DNA of 64,000 nt from a virus, in IMG/VR virus record IMGVR_UViG_3300042945_001784, positions 16,808-80,807 of that record. The stretch is one strand, 5' to 3'. The position numbers and the translations under genes were made by a program. The notes beneath the pieces were generated by a model, which did not search any database, was not told the DNA's origin, and saw nothing but the letters and a program-made list of their open reading frames with translations. This document shows, one piece after another, positions 17,145 to 25,864 of this stretch (positions are counted from its first letter, which is position 1; the number at the start of each line of letters is the position of its first letter).

Positions 17145-17478
17145 GAAACACCCGATCACCCCACCGCCGGAGCTGCGTCGACTCTGGGCACAGCAAGCGC
17201 AACGCAAGAATCCACGCGATCCAGTGGCGTGGCAAGAGTACATCGCCGCCCAAGCCGCTCGCTGGGGCGCTGATCAGGAGCTGGAAGCGTGCTGTGAGTG
17301 GCTAGTAGTAGATGACTGGAAAAATGTAAGCGAGAACCTTCGCGCCTTCCGCCGCCCCAAGCCGCCGAGCTTGAAGCCCAGTAGTCCGACCCACTTCTAT
17401 TTAAATTCTGTTATAGTAAACAAGTTCCCGCTCTTTTTGATCGGGCAGATAGAGCCCAAGCCTCTGTCCAGTCCCTGA
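17137..17478 (+). CDS. Family A copy with chimeric, out-of-family 3' end (possible pseudogene)
   Basis: Homology stops after KPPSLK, where the sequence switches to the family B 3' end in a different frame. Confidence 0.6.
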   Translation: MTEKHPITPPPELRRLWAQQAQRKNPRDPVAWQEYIAAQAARWGADQELEACCEWLVVDDWKNVSENLRAFRRPKPPSLKPSSPTHFYLNSVIVNKFPLFLIGQIEPKPLSSP

Positions 17479-17647
17479 GGCTGGTTACGCTTGGGCCATC
17501 AATTAAGGGGACAACCCTGGACTGAGGTTGTCTTAAACGAAGTTCACCCATCAAAGTGTGCTCGCCCTTTATTGGTTACGCGTCAGGCAGACAGCCTGGA
17601 GGGCGGCCACGGTTCTGGAGGCGTCCGATAACGTCTCCCCGTTTTTT
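17422..17647 (+). ncRNA. Structured RNA, manA-motif-like
   Basis: Extended -10 TGTTATAGT (17409-17417); stems GCCCAAGC/GCTTGGGC, GACAACC/GGTTGTC, CGCCCT/AGGGCG, GGAGGCGT/ACGTCTCC then a T tract. The CAGATAGAG...CCTCT...CCATC layout recalls the cyanophage manA motif (from memory, unverified). Confidence 0.55.
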
Positions 17648-17653
17648 CCGCCA

Positions 17654-17824
17654 GTGAACCGTCGTCAACTCTGGCACCTCTGGGCAAAAGCACTCGGAGA
17701 AAAAACAGGACGGACAACCTCAGAAGCTGATCGGGTTGCCCTTATTCGTTCCGTTATTTTCTTAACTTATTTCTTAACCAATTGTTTCATTGTGGCTGGT
17801 GTCATTCGCCACTGGAACAATTGA
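17654..17824 (+). CDS. Conserved cyanophage-type small membrane protein
   Basis: 'WHLWAKALGEK...EAD.VA.IR...TN.FIVAGVIRHW'. Confidence 0.65.
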   Translation: MNRRQLWHLWAKALGEKTGRTTSEADRVALIRSVIFLTYFLTNCFIVAGVIRHWNN

Positions 17825-17914
17825 GTCTTGTGTAAGACTTAACACTTTTTCCCTACTGTCCCTAGTAACCAAGAAGAACATCCGCTAATCTTGGTGCGCC
17901 CTTCCGTACCTTCT

Positions 17915-18241
17915 ATGGCTGGTGAGTTCTACTACAGGGACTACGACACCTACTTCCCTACATTTAGCAATCATTCTAATAAGGTTGCTGAAATGATGTC
18001 TCATCTGAATTATCAGATTACCGAATTCGATTTGGCACCAGTGCCTAGTCAAGAGCTGTTTCGTATGACTTTAGATCTGATGTATTACGTTGATCAAAGT
18101 TACAAAGCAGACCACGGTATTTCTGATCAGTACGAAGTTCTTTCTTTCAGAACCAAAGATGAAATGCTTGATTCAATGCGATCTCTCCTCAAGGAAGAAC
18201 TTGATCGGTACTTGGGATCTAGCGATGCAGCCAACCAATGA
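17915..18241 (+). CDS. Hypothetical protein
   Basis: ORF starting MAGEFYY..., downstream of a GCTAATCT -10-like element. Confidence 0.55.
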   Translation: MAGEFYYRDYDTYFPTFSNHSNKVAEMMSHLNYQITEFDLAPVPSQELFRMTLDLMYYVDQSYKADHGISDQYEVLSFRTKDEMLDSMRSLLKEELDRYLGSSDAANQ

Positions 18242-18458
18242 AACAACTAAGTCCTGGATCTGTGATGTTGATGAGGACGGTGTTCTCGTCTTCCCTGATG
18301 AACTCTGGAACCTCATGGGCTGGAAAGAAGGAGACACTATTGAATTCATTGATCAAAAAGATGGATCATTTCTTCTTAGGAAAGTAGACGAACTGCCTGA
18401 CAGTCTTGATCATGTTTCAACTGTTGAAAAAGCAGTAAAAGATGATCAAACTTCTTAA
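18225..18458 (+). CDS. AbrB/MazE/SpoVT-like DNA-binding protein
   Basis: 'DEDGVLVFPDELWNLMGWKEGDTIEF' swapped-hairpin pattern. Confidence 0.7.
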   Translation: MQPTNETTKSWICDVDEDGVLVFPDELWNLMGWKEGDTIEFIDQKDGSFLLRKVDELPDSLDHVSTVEKAVKDDQTS

Positions 18459-18612
18459 AGATAAGTTAATTCGTCGGTTGAATGTTCATCTGGTGTCTCA
18501 CATTGGGGCGCCAGAAACATCAACCGACTGGGTTAATGGCTATCAACAAGCCCTCAATGATGCTGAAAAGTTTCTTGATCAGCTTGAAGTTTATGAACCT
18601 TACACAGAATGA
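18442..18612 (+). CDS. Hypothetical protein (56 aa)
   Basis: MIKLLKDK...WVNGYQQALNDA; coupled to the next gene. Confidence 0.5.
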   Translation: MIKLLKDKLIRRLNVHLVSHIGAPETSTDWVNGYQQALNDAEKFLDQLEVYEPYTE

Positions 18613-19022
18613 AACTTTCTGAACTGATCAACAAGCTGCAACGTCTTCATGACTTGTACCCACAGCTTGATCCTCAAATAACGCTAACGGAAGTAGCTTA
18701 TTGCAGCTACGATAAGAATAAAACAGAGCCAGAGTTTTTCTGTCGTACTCTTGATAAGATTGCTTGTTTTGAATTGCAAACTTTTTTGCATATTCCTTCT
18801 GAACAACTCTTCTCTGAACGCGGTCCTTATCTAAACATCTTCTATGAAGGAGATGTAATTGATAAGCCAGAAGATTACTGGAAGAACAACTACTTTGCTC
18901 AACATGCAAACAAGCAAACTGGATCAACTCATTCAAGCAGCTGCTCAACACCAGACGCAGGAGTTGGAATGGATCAAAAATCTGTTTCAACAGAGGATGA
19001 AACTGATTACGGAACCAAATAA
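18609..19022 (+). CDS. Hypothetical protein
   Basis: MKLSELINKLQ start typical of small phage genes. Confidence 0.6.
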   Translation: MKLSELINKLQRLHDLYPQLDPQITLTEVAYCSYDKNKTEPEFFCRTLDKIACFELQTFLHIPSEQLFSERGPYLNIFYEGDVIDKPEDYWKNNYFAQHANKQTGSTHSSSCSTPDAGVGMDQKSVSTEDETDYGTK

Positions 19023-19030
19023 ACTGTCTC

Positions 19031-19258
19031 ATGAAAACACACAAACCGCTTGATCTCCAGCAACCTGATTGGGTGTGCCGTGATTGTGGTGGACAATGGG
19101 GATTATGGTGGGATGGTGGTAAATACTCTGGACCACCACATCACTGTGCTACCTATCACAAAGGAAGGTGTGGTGTTTGCGGTAAAACAACAGGCGTTAC
19201 TGAAGCTCGTGATTATGGCGGCTTAAAAGAAGGTTGGCATAAACCTTTGATAGAGTAG
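19031..19258 (+). CDS. Small zinc-finger-like protein
   Basis: WVCRDCG...H.G.CGVCG...VTEARDYG. Confidence 0.65.
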   Translation: MKTHKPLDLQQPDWVCRDCGGQWGLWWDGGKYSGPPHHCATYHKGRCGVCGKTTGVTEARDYGGLKEGWHKPLIE

Positions 19259-19495
19259 TTAAAAACAAGACTATCTTAAAGTCATGCAGAACAAAGGAGA
19301 ACTTAAAGAGCAGTTTCTTGCTAACACTCGTAAAAAAATGGGCATTAGCGAAGAAAAACGTCAAGACTTTAAGCAACGTGCTCAGGAGGCTAAAGCAAGG
19401 CGTCAGAAAAAAGCAGCAGAAATGAAAACAAGACCTGCTTAATAATTGCAATAACTTAAAAAACTGCTAATTTAGTGCTGTAAGTTCCATTTCAT

Positions 19496-19732
19496 ATGGC
19501 CCGCAGCACTAAACAGGTACGCTTTAAAGGTAAGCCCTCGGAAATCCTGGACCCAATTGAGTTCGAGGGTTACACCATTCAGTCTTTACGCCACGGGGTA
19601 ACCGGTCATGTGCTCTATCGCTATCCCAGCGAAGAGTATGACTGGGAACCCTGCTGGGGTATGGACCTTGAAACAGCTAAAAAATCGGTGTTGCGCTGCA
19701 AGGAAGCAGAACAACTACAATCAAAAGCATAA
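19496..19732 (+). CDS. Hypothetical protein
   Basis: ORF downstream of a TGCTAATTT extended -10-like element. Confidence 0.6.
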   Translation: MARSTKQVRFKGKPSEILDPIEFEGYTIQSLRHGVTGHVLYRYPSEEYDWEPCWGMDLETAKKSVLRCKEAEQLQSKA

Positions 19733-19743
19733 ATAGTTTTGTC

Positions 19744-20004
19744 ATGGGACCAGCGAAGAACGACCTGATGGATGACCTTGCATGGTCTATTTATGAGTAC
19801 CTAGTTGGCGAATCAACTAAGTATGAGGGTTCTTTACTGGTCCTAATGCCAATTACTAAAATTGCTAAACAATTTGAACGTAATCATCGCACTGTTACTA
19901 GGCGATTAAGTGCACTAAAAAATGAAGGGTTGATTACTCCTATCATCAAAAAAGACTATGTGACACTTTATAGTGTTGCCGATGCGGAGAGTCCTGATGA
20001 ATGA
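19744..20004 (+). CDS. Winged helix-turn-helix protein
   Basis: 'PITKIAKQFERNHRTVTRRLSALKNEGLI'. Confidence 0.7.
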   Translation: MGPAKNDLMDDLAWSIYEYLVGESTKYEGSLLVLMPITKIAKQFERNHRTVTRRLSALKNEGLITPIIKKDYVTLYSVADAESPDE

Positions 20005-20290
20005 ACGAGACCACAACCCACTTACTGATCTCACCTTTTTGTTAGGCAGCTTTACTGACAATGGCCGTTCGCTTCGATCTTTCGTGAATCACCCTCAAGA
20101 ATTGGCTATCACCATCTTGGTTACCGGGTTACTGTCCAACTCCAGGTGGGCTATGGATCCAGAAGATGCCATCAAGACAGCCTTTGTCATTCACGAGCAG
20201 ATTCAGAAGGAAGTGCAGAACTATCAGTCTTTGAAGTTTGTCAACAATGTTGAAAACTGCTTTAAGAGACCGGAGTTGACGGAGGAATGA
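19997..20290 (+). CDS. Hypothetical protein
   Basis: Coupled ORF. Confidence 0.6.
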   Translation: MNERDHNPLTDLTFLLGSFTDNGRSLRSFVNHPQELAITILVTGLLSNSRWAMDPEDAIKTAFVIHEQIQKEVQNYQSLKFVNNVENCFKRPELTEE

Positions 20291-20547
20291 AAAAGAAATC
20301 CCCCTATGCTCCGTTGTATTACTTCGATGTGGACATCGAGTGGGGCCACCTCCGTATTGGCAAGCTACTCATTCACTGGTTTAACTCCAGCACAGAGCAT
20401 GACAGCTGGGGAAGTTGCGATATTACATGGGATCTTAAGCATTCTTTCCTTTTTTGTTTTAATGAGGCCCGCCAGCGGTTTGAGTTTAGTCACCGCATCA
20501 TTGATCCCGACATTCGCCGGGTTATGCAGGGCGTCAAACACTTCTAA
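20287..20547 (+). CDS. Hypothetical protein
   Basis: GGAGG ribosome-binding site and ATGA overlap. Confidence 0.55.
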   Translation: MKKKSPYAPLYYFDVDIEWGHLRIGKLLIHWFNSSTEHDSWGSCDITWDLKHSFLFCFNEARQRFEFSHRIIDPDIRRVMQGVKHF

Positions 20548-20600
20548 TTGGTTGCAACCACTCAGGTTTTTGCTACGTTACAGGGACTTGAGCCGCGCCT

Positions 20601-21521
20601 GTGCCTGCTGTACTGGATGAAATTTGTGCAGACGTTCGCTTAATAGAAGAACTAGAGCGCAAGATTTATACGCCGTACTCTAAAACTGCATCGTATGAGC
20701 AGTTCTTGGATTACCGTTCAGAAGGGGATACCCGTGTAGAAATTAACGGTAGTCGCCACTACAAAACTCCTTACGGTGCGCTTCCCTCTGTTACCACAAT
20801 CCTCTCAGCAACTGGTGGTAACAAGGCAGCATTAGAGCGGTGGGCAAAAAAGAATCCAGGTGGACGAGAAGCAGCAGCTGCACGTGGTACCCGTGTTCAC
20901 TCTTTAATGGAGGAGTATCTTCTTGGTATCAACAAGAATCCGCAGATTGATGATGAAGAGATTTATGACTTCTGGAAAGAGCTTCCTGAGAAACTTGACA
21001 AGCTGGAACGGGTGGTCTGGGCTGAAAACCCTGCCAATCCTAATGATTTTGCTTGGACGATGGGTGGTGATGGTATCTCCCGAGTCTGGCATCCAGGTGT
21101 TCACGAGAGCGAAACATGGGGTTGGGCTGGTGCTCCTGACATCGTGGCAGAGTACAAAGGAAAAGTGGTTCTTGGTGACCTTAAAACCAGTAATGGCCTG
21201 TATTTCAGTAAGTGGCCAGGACCTGAAACCTTGAAAAGCGAGTACGGAATGAAACGTGCTGGTTTCATGAAGTATCAGAAGTGCATGATGCAGATGGGTG
21301 CTTATGCCATGGCACTAGAGCACACCGTTGGAATTGTTCCTGAGATCATGATGATCTTTGTTGCAACACGGGAACGGTCCCAAGTGTTTGCTGTACAGGG
21401 CGGCACCATTGAAAAGTACAAGAACAAGTGGCTGGATGCTGTAAATAAGTATTATTCTGAGATTCTGCCGTCTCTTAATAAGACTGAGATTGATATGGAT
21501 GTGGTGGACGGCGACGCCTAA
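20601..21521 (+). CDS. PD-(D/E)XK exonuclease
   Basis: PSVTTIL, GTRVH, AGAPD, GDLKTS, Q..AY motifs. Confidence 0.85.
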   Translation: MPAVLDEICADVRLIEELERKIYTPYSKTASYEQFLDYRSEGDTRVEINGSRHYKTPYGALPSVTTILSATGGNKAALERWAKKNPGGREAAAARGTRVHSLMEEYLLGINKNPQIDDEEIYDFWKELPEKLDKLERVVWAENPANPNDFAWTMGGDGISRVWHPGVHESETWGWAGAPDIVAEYKGKVVLGDLKTSNGLYFSKWPGPETLKSEYGMKRAGFMKYQKCMMQMGAYAMALEHTVGIVPEIMMIFVATRERSQVFAVQGGTIEKYKNKWLDAVNKYYSEILPSLNKTEIDMDVVDGDA

Positions 21522-21640
21522 GTGCAGGTGTCTGCCCCGTAAATTAAAGATACGAAGAAAAACGGTGGACCTCTGGGCACTCCTGTCAAGTCCCGCTACG
21601 CTGGTTCCGTCGTCTTCTCCCTGATCCGCAATAAAACAAC

Positions 21641-24256
21641 GTGACGACCGCTACTCCAGAACCCAAGCCCCCTCATAAGCATCTGTCTCCAGGGCAGATC
21701 AATCTTGATCTGATTCCTGCGGATTTTCCCCTTACTCCGTTGCAAGGGAAGAAAGCTTATCTTCCGGGCTGGACTAGCGATCCAAAAACAATTGGTGAAA
21801 TCCGTAAAGAATTAGAAGAGGGACGTGCAACTGGGGTTGGTCTCCTTTGTGGACAATGGAGTAATGACCTTGCTCTGATCTTTGTTGATGTGGATGGGGA
21901 AGATGCAATCCCCGTCATCGAAGAGCTAGGTGGTGGTCCAATTAATGAGATTTTTCCTCCCACACTGACGATTACCAGTGGGAAACCGGGGAAGTTTCGT
22001 ATGTTGTTCCGGGTACCGCCAGAGCGTATCCAACAACTACCCGATAAAGCCACTATCAAAGTTGATAAGGCGCCATGGGAAATCCTTTGGAGGTCTCGGC
22101 AAGGTGCATTGATGGGTGCACACCCTGATACTGCTGGTTATTCCACAACACCACACGGTGGTTTTGAGTATGCCAAGCGGTTACCAGAAATGCCAGAGTG
22201 GCTCTATGAAGCCATTGCTCGGGCTTATCCCAGCAGCCGCTACCGAAAACGTACTTCTCCTGTTGGTGCTGTTGTAACTCAGAGCATTACTCTTAATTAC
22301 GACACAGATTCCAAATACCATCAGGAAACTGTTGTTGCAGAAGCACTTGAGTACCTCTCTGCACTATCAGAAGAACGGGCTGATGACTACGAAGAATGGC
22401 TTGCTGTTGGCATGTCTCTTCATCAGATTGATGAGTGCTTACTGGAAGCATGGATTGAATGGTCTTCTCAGTCCGATCAATTTGAAGATGGTGCCTGTGA
22501 ACGTAAGTGGTCTAGCTTTGAACGTCTTCCTGGTGGTCCAAACCCTGAGGGTGCCAGGGGTCTGAAGACGCTTCGGGCTAAAGCAAAAGAAGATGGTTAC
22601 ATTGATATGGGAGGATTTGTTGTTCCTTCCATTGATACCATCAAAAAACGTGCTGCCATGGATAACGATGGCACCGTTGAACACGATGAAAGCAATCTAT
22701 TTGCTGAGTTGTTTGGTGGCATTGAGCTGCCAGAAGACCTTTTTGGTGATGACGGTGAACTAGAACTGGTACGGATTCCTGGTCAACCGTCTCTCCCCAG
22801 TGGTAAAAAGCAGAAGGGAGCAACGCGTAACCCACCTGCTTCTGAGATTGCCAATTTTATCTCGCCAATGTTTAACAAAAATGGTTGGCGATACGACCCT
22901 AGATTTGATAGGTTTATGAAGTATGACCGCCAACGCGGTGTATGGAATGAGCAAGATCATACGAAGGATTTTAAGCATGAGGTCCAGTTTGTCCTCGGAA
23001 ACACTTCTCTCCCTGGCGGGTACACTTCTCATCTCGTTAATGATGTGTGTGCTCTGCTGGAGGGGCACCTCACCGAATACCAGTGGAATGACGATCCCTC
23101 CCGTCTTGCATTCCGTAACGGTGTCTACGATCTGGACACCAAAGAATTTTTAGAACACACTCCAGATCACTTCATTATCTGGGGTCTTGATATTGATTAC
23201 ATCCCAGAAGCTGATCCCGGTCCCATTACCGAGTGGCTTTATCGCACTCAATATGGTGATGAGGCCAGGGTTAATGTGCTGCGGGCATGGCTCCGTGCTT
23301 GTTTGGTGGGGCGCGGTAATGAAATTCAACGTTTCTTTGAAGTAATTGGTCCAGGTGGTCGAGGTAAATCCACCTTTGCCAACCTCTGCTGCGCTCTGGT
23401 TGGTAGTGGGAACTACGCTAGCACCACCCTCAACCAGTTGGAGCAAAGCCGCTTTGAGCTGTCCTCCATCAAGGGCAAGCGCCTGACACTGATCAATGAC
23501 TCGGAGCGGTATGGTGGTTCTGCTCAGACCTTCAAGGCACTGACCGGTGGTGACTCCCTTCGTTATGAAGAAAAGCTCAAGCCCATCGGTGAACCGTTTG
23601 TGTACACCGGCATGGTCATGGTAGTAGCTAATGAACCTATTCAGACCACCGATAACACCAGTGGTTTAAGCCGCCGTCGCTTAACAATTGAGTTCAATAG
23701 GCCCTTATATGACCGCAATAGTGAAGCCAAAGACATGATCAAGATTGAACATGGTCGGGTTTCAGGTCTTTGGAAGGACTATCTGCCAGGTCTTGTGAAC
23801 TGGGTGCTGGAGATGGATGAACAAACCATGCGTCAGTACCTGCTAGATACTAATGAAATGGTGCCAGCACTGCGCCGTGTTCGTAATAACATCCTGCTTA
23901 ACAGCAATAACCTAATTGAATGGCTGCAATCAGAAGTGGTTCAGGCTGATCACGTTACTGCTGTTGGTAAAAAAATTCCAAACGGCAATAAAGAAACCAA
24001 TGAACGGTATGTCAACAGTAATTATCACCTGTATCCCAGTTACTGTGAATACTGTGATGCCACAGGATCTAAAGCTGTAGGTCAGAAACGATTTATTAAC
24101 CTGCTGCTTGATTGCTGCAAAAACCAACTGGGATTGGATGACGTGCGGACCTTTAGCAAAGGTGGTAAACCCTTTGTCAAAGGACTTGCTATCCGTAACT
24201 CTGATCAGAAATTTAAAGATCTACCGACTATTCTTCCTGAAGGCAAAGAGGATTAA
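21641..24256 (+). CDS. Primase-polymerase / PriCT-2 / D5-like SF3 helicase fusion
   Basis: N-terminal FVDVDG prim-pol motif; 'DYEEWLAVGMSLH...WIEWS...CERKWSSF' PriCT-2; Walker A GPGGRGKST; FKALTGGD. Confidence 0.9.
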   Translation: MTTATPEPKPPHKHLSPGQINLDLIPADFPLTPLQGKKAYLPGWTSDPKTIGEIRKELEEGRATGVGLLCGQWSNDLALIFVDVDGEDAIPVIEELGGGPINEIFPPTLTITSGKPGKFRMLFRVPPERIQQLPDKATIKVDKAPWEILWRSRQGALMGAHPDTAGYSTTPHGGFEYAKRLPEMPEWLYEAIARAYPSSRYRKRTSPVGAVVTQSITLNYDTDSKYHQETVVAEALEYLSALSEERADDYEEWLAVGMSLHQIDECLLEAWIEWSSQSDQFEDGACERKWSSFERLPGGPNPEGARGLKTLRAKAKEDGYIDMGGFVVPSIDTIKKRAAMDNDGTVEHDESNLFAELFGGIELPEDLFGDDGELELVRIPGQPSLPSGKKQKGATRNPPASEIANFISPMFNKNGWRYDPRFDRFMKYDRQRGVWNEQDHTKDFKHEVQFVLGNTSLPGGYTSHLVNDVCALLEGHLTEYQWNDDPSRLAFRNGVYDLDTKEFLEHTPDHFIIWGLDIDYIPEADPGPITEWLYRTQYGDEARVNVLRAWLRACLVGRGNEIQRFFEVIGPGGRGKSTFANLCCALVGSGNYASTTLNQLEQSRFELSSIKGKRLTLINDSERYGGSAQTFKALTGGDSLRYEEKLKPIGEPFVYTGMVMVVANEPIQTTDNTSGLSRRRLTIEFNRPLYDRNSEAKDMIKIEHGRVSGLWKDYLPGLVNWVLEMDEQTMRQYLLDTNEMVPALRRVRNNILLNSNNLIEWLQSEVVQADHVTAVGKKIPNGNKETNERYVNSNYHLYPSYCEYCDATGSKAVGQKRFINLLLDCCKNQLGLDDVRTFSKGGKPFVKGLAIRNSDQKFKDLPTILPEGKED

Positions 24257-24410
24257 TCCTTTTTGCACTTACAGGTGTCGCACTTCTTACACCAGGTTTT
24301 GTCGCCAGGAATGACTTCGGTTCCGTAATCGAAGTCATCATAATCTGGTTGGTTGCGGAGCCAACGTGCAAACTCCTCAATGTATTTCTTGATGAGTTGT
24401 GTTGGCATGA

Positions 24411-24734
24411 TCAAAGAAAACTGGGTAGTTGAGGTCCTTTGGGACCGGTAGGTCTAGGAGGCATCAACGGTTTAAAACCACGCTCCATTAATTGATCCAT
24501 GTAAGGAGAATCAATATGGGGAGTTTTAAGGATCGCATTAGGCGGAGAGTAGCGAATTGTACGAGACACTAAAGGACCACCTTGTTCTTGTTCATATTCC
24601 TGACGTACTCCTAAATCTGGAATACCTTCACCGGCTTGGCTGTAGTCTTGCATACCACTAACGTACTGCTGCAAAAAACCAATGGTGTTTTTGTCCCCAC
24701 CTAATTTCGTGGGGAAATCACTGTCCATCATCAT
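24411..24734 (-). CDS. Hypothetical protein, possible internal virion protein
   Basis: Contains the FLQQY motif. Confidence 0.55.
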   Translation of the reverse strand: MMMDSDFPTKLGGDKNTIGFLQQYVSGMQDYSQAGEGIPDLGVRQEYEQEQGGPLVSRTIRYSPPNAILKTPHIDSPYMDQLMERGFKPLMPPRPTGPKGPQLPSFL

Positions 24735-24736
24735 GA

Positions 24737-25621
24737 TTAGATCAGCCCCAGGCGGAAGGCACGGGTCAGGTTCTGTGCTCGCTCACTTGCACTAGCGCCT
24801 GCTGTCGTTGCTTTGTCAGCTTGAGCAGCAGTTGCTTCTTGCTGTGCTGCTTGAGCTGCTAACGGGTTCAAGGTTTCCATGGTTGGACCCATCTCACCTT
24901 GAGCACGGGTACCAAAATCACCCATCTGGTACTCCTCTACCGGAGCAAACGTAGCTGCATAACCCTTGGTATCTGGGAATGTTGCAGCCAGTAACGGGTT
25001 AAAGGCACCAATAGCACCACCAGCTTGAGCCATTGGAGTCTTGCCGTACTTCTCCATCCAGATCTTCATGCCAAGATCTTCTGCTTCTTCTTGCTTCTTC
25101 TGATTGATCAGGTTTTGGTACTGCGCCATCTGCGACTTGTACTCATCACCTTGTGAATAATCAACAGTACCAGCAGGAGTTAATCCTTTAACAATCGCAG
25201 TAGGTTGGACAGTTCCAGCTGGAATCGTTGTTGGCTTTTCAGGTACAACAAACGGTTCTGTTTTGCTGCCTGGAGGCATTACACGGCCAAGAAGAGATTG
25301 ATCTGCTTCAATTGCGTCTAACTCTTGAGCATTTGCACCACGAGCAAGTTTGTTAAATAAATTTCCAGCCTGCTGTAAACCATATTGCAAACCAGTTTCA
25401 GGTCGCCCTGGAACACCAGCTAAACCTGCTAACTGTTTCATACCATATTCCAAACCACTTTGTTGATTGCGGTCAGGACGAACACCCAACAAACTCAATC
25501 CATATTCATAACCAGTCTGCGGCTGATTGGCTGCAGCAAGAGCAGCAGAATAATCTTTATATAGTTTTCCATCATCACCTTTATAGTAAGTTTTACCACT
25601 GCGTTTAACGTACTGGCCCAC
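24737..25621 (-). CDS. Probable internal virion protein
   Basis: Ala/Gly/Gln-rich, three short 'GxEYGL'-like repeats. Confidence 0.6.
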   Translation of the reverse strand: MGQYVKRSGKTYYKGDDGKLYKDYSAALAAANQPQTGYEYGLSLLGVRPDRNQQSGLEYGMKQLAGLAGVPGRPETGLQYGLQQAGNLFNKLARGANAQELDAIEADQSLLGRVMPPGSKTEPFVVPEKPTTIPAGTVQPTAIVKGLTPAGTVDYSQGDEYKSQMAQYQNLINQKKQEEAEDLGMKIWMEKYGKTPMAQAGGAIGAFNPLLAATFPDTKGYAATFAPVEEYQMGDFGTRAQGEMGPTMETLNPLAAQAAQQEATAAQADKATTAGASASERAQNLTRAFRLGLI

Positions 25622-25675
25622 GGCAATAAAGAAATCCTTTCTTACAATAGTAACACCGGGACACAGGATCTATCA

Positions 25676-25864
25676 ATGCAAATTATTCAAACCTTTCCAA
25701 AGGGTACGACTATTGAATTAGGTGAAGATTCTCATGGCAATCAAGTTCATCGTGTCTGTACTGCTGGTGGCTCAATGTGTCGTTTTGTTGAACCTTATCA
25801 TTGTGCGTTAGTCTATGCAGAACAATTTGAAGAGTGGTATTCACATAGGCCAGAACAACCGTAA
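25676..25864 (+). CDS. Hypothetical protein
   Basis: 62-aa ORF with CTAGGSMCR. Confidence 0.5.
   Translation: MQIIQTFPKGTTIELGEDSHGNQVHRVCTAGGSMCRFVEPYHCALVYAEQFEEWYSHRPEQP

Larger units (their letters stand above)
15090..17303 (+). repeat. Dispersed 41-53 bp near-identical direct repeats inside family A genes
   Basis: CAAGCCGCYCGCTGGGGCGCTGATCAGGAGCTGGARGCGTG at 15090, 16914 and 17251. Confidence 0.9.
16235..17394 (+). repeat. Three copies of a CCCAG-TAGT-N7-ACTW dyad site
   Basis: 16235 CCCAGTAGTCAACATCACTA; 16421 CCCAGTAGTCCGATCAACTA; 17377 CCCAGTAGTCCGACCCACTT. Confidence 0.8.

Noticed and set aside
14970-17400. CRISPR array or diversity-generating retroelement explanation for the repeats
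   Set aside because: Repeats are in-frame coding blocks with irregular spacing, differences are not adenine-specific, and no cas or reverse transcriptase gene is in the window.
19252-19274. TAGT...ACTA at the stop codon of the 19031 gene as a fourth cassette site
   Set aside because: Spacer is 10 bp rather than 7 and the CCCAG prefix is missing.
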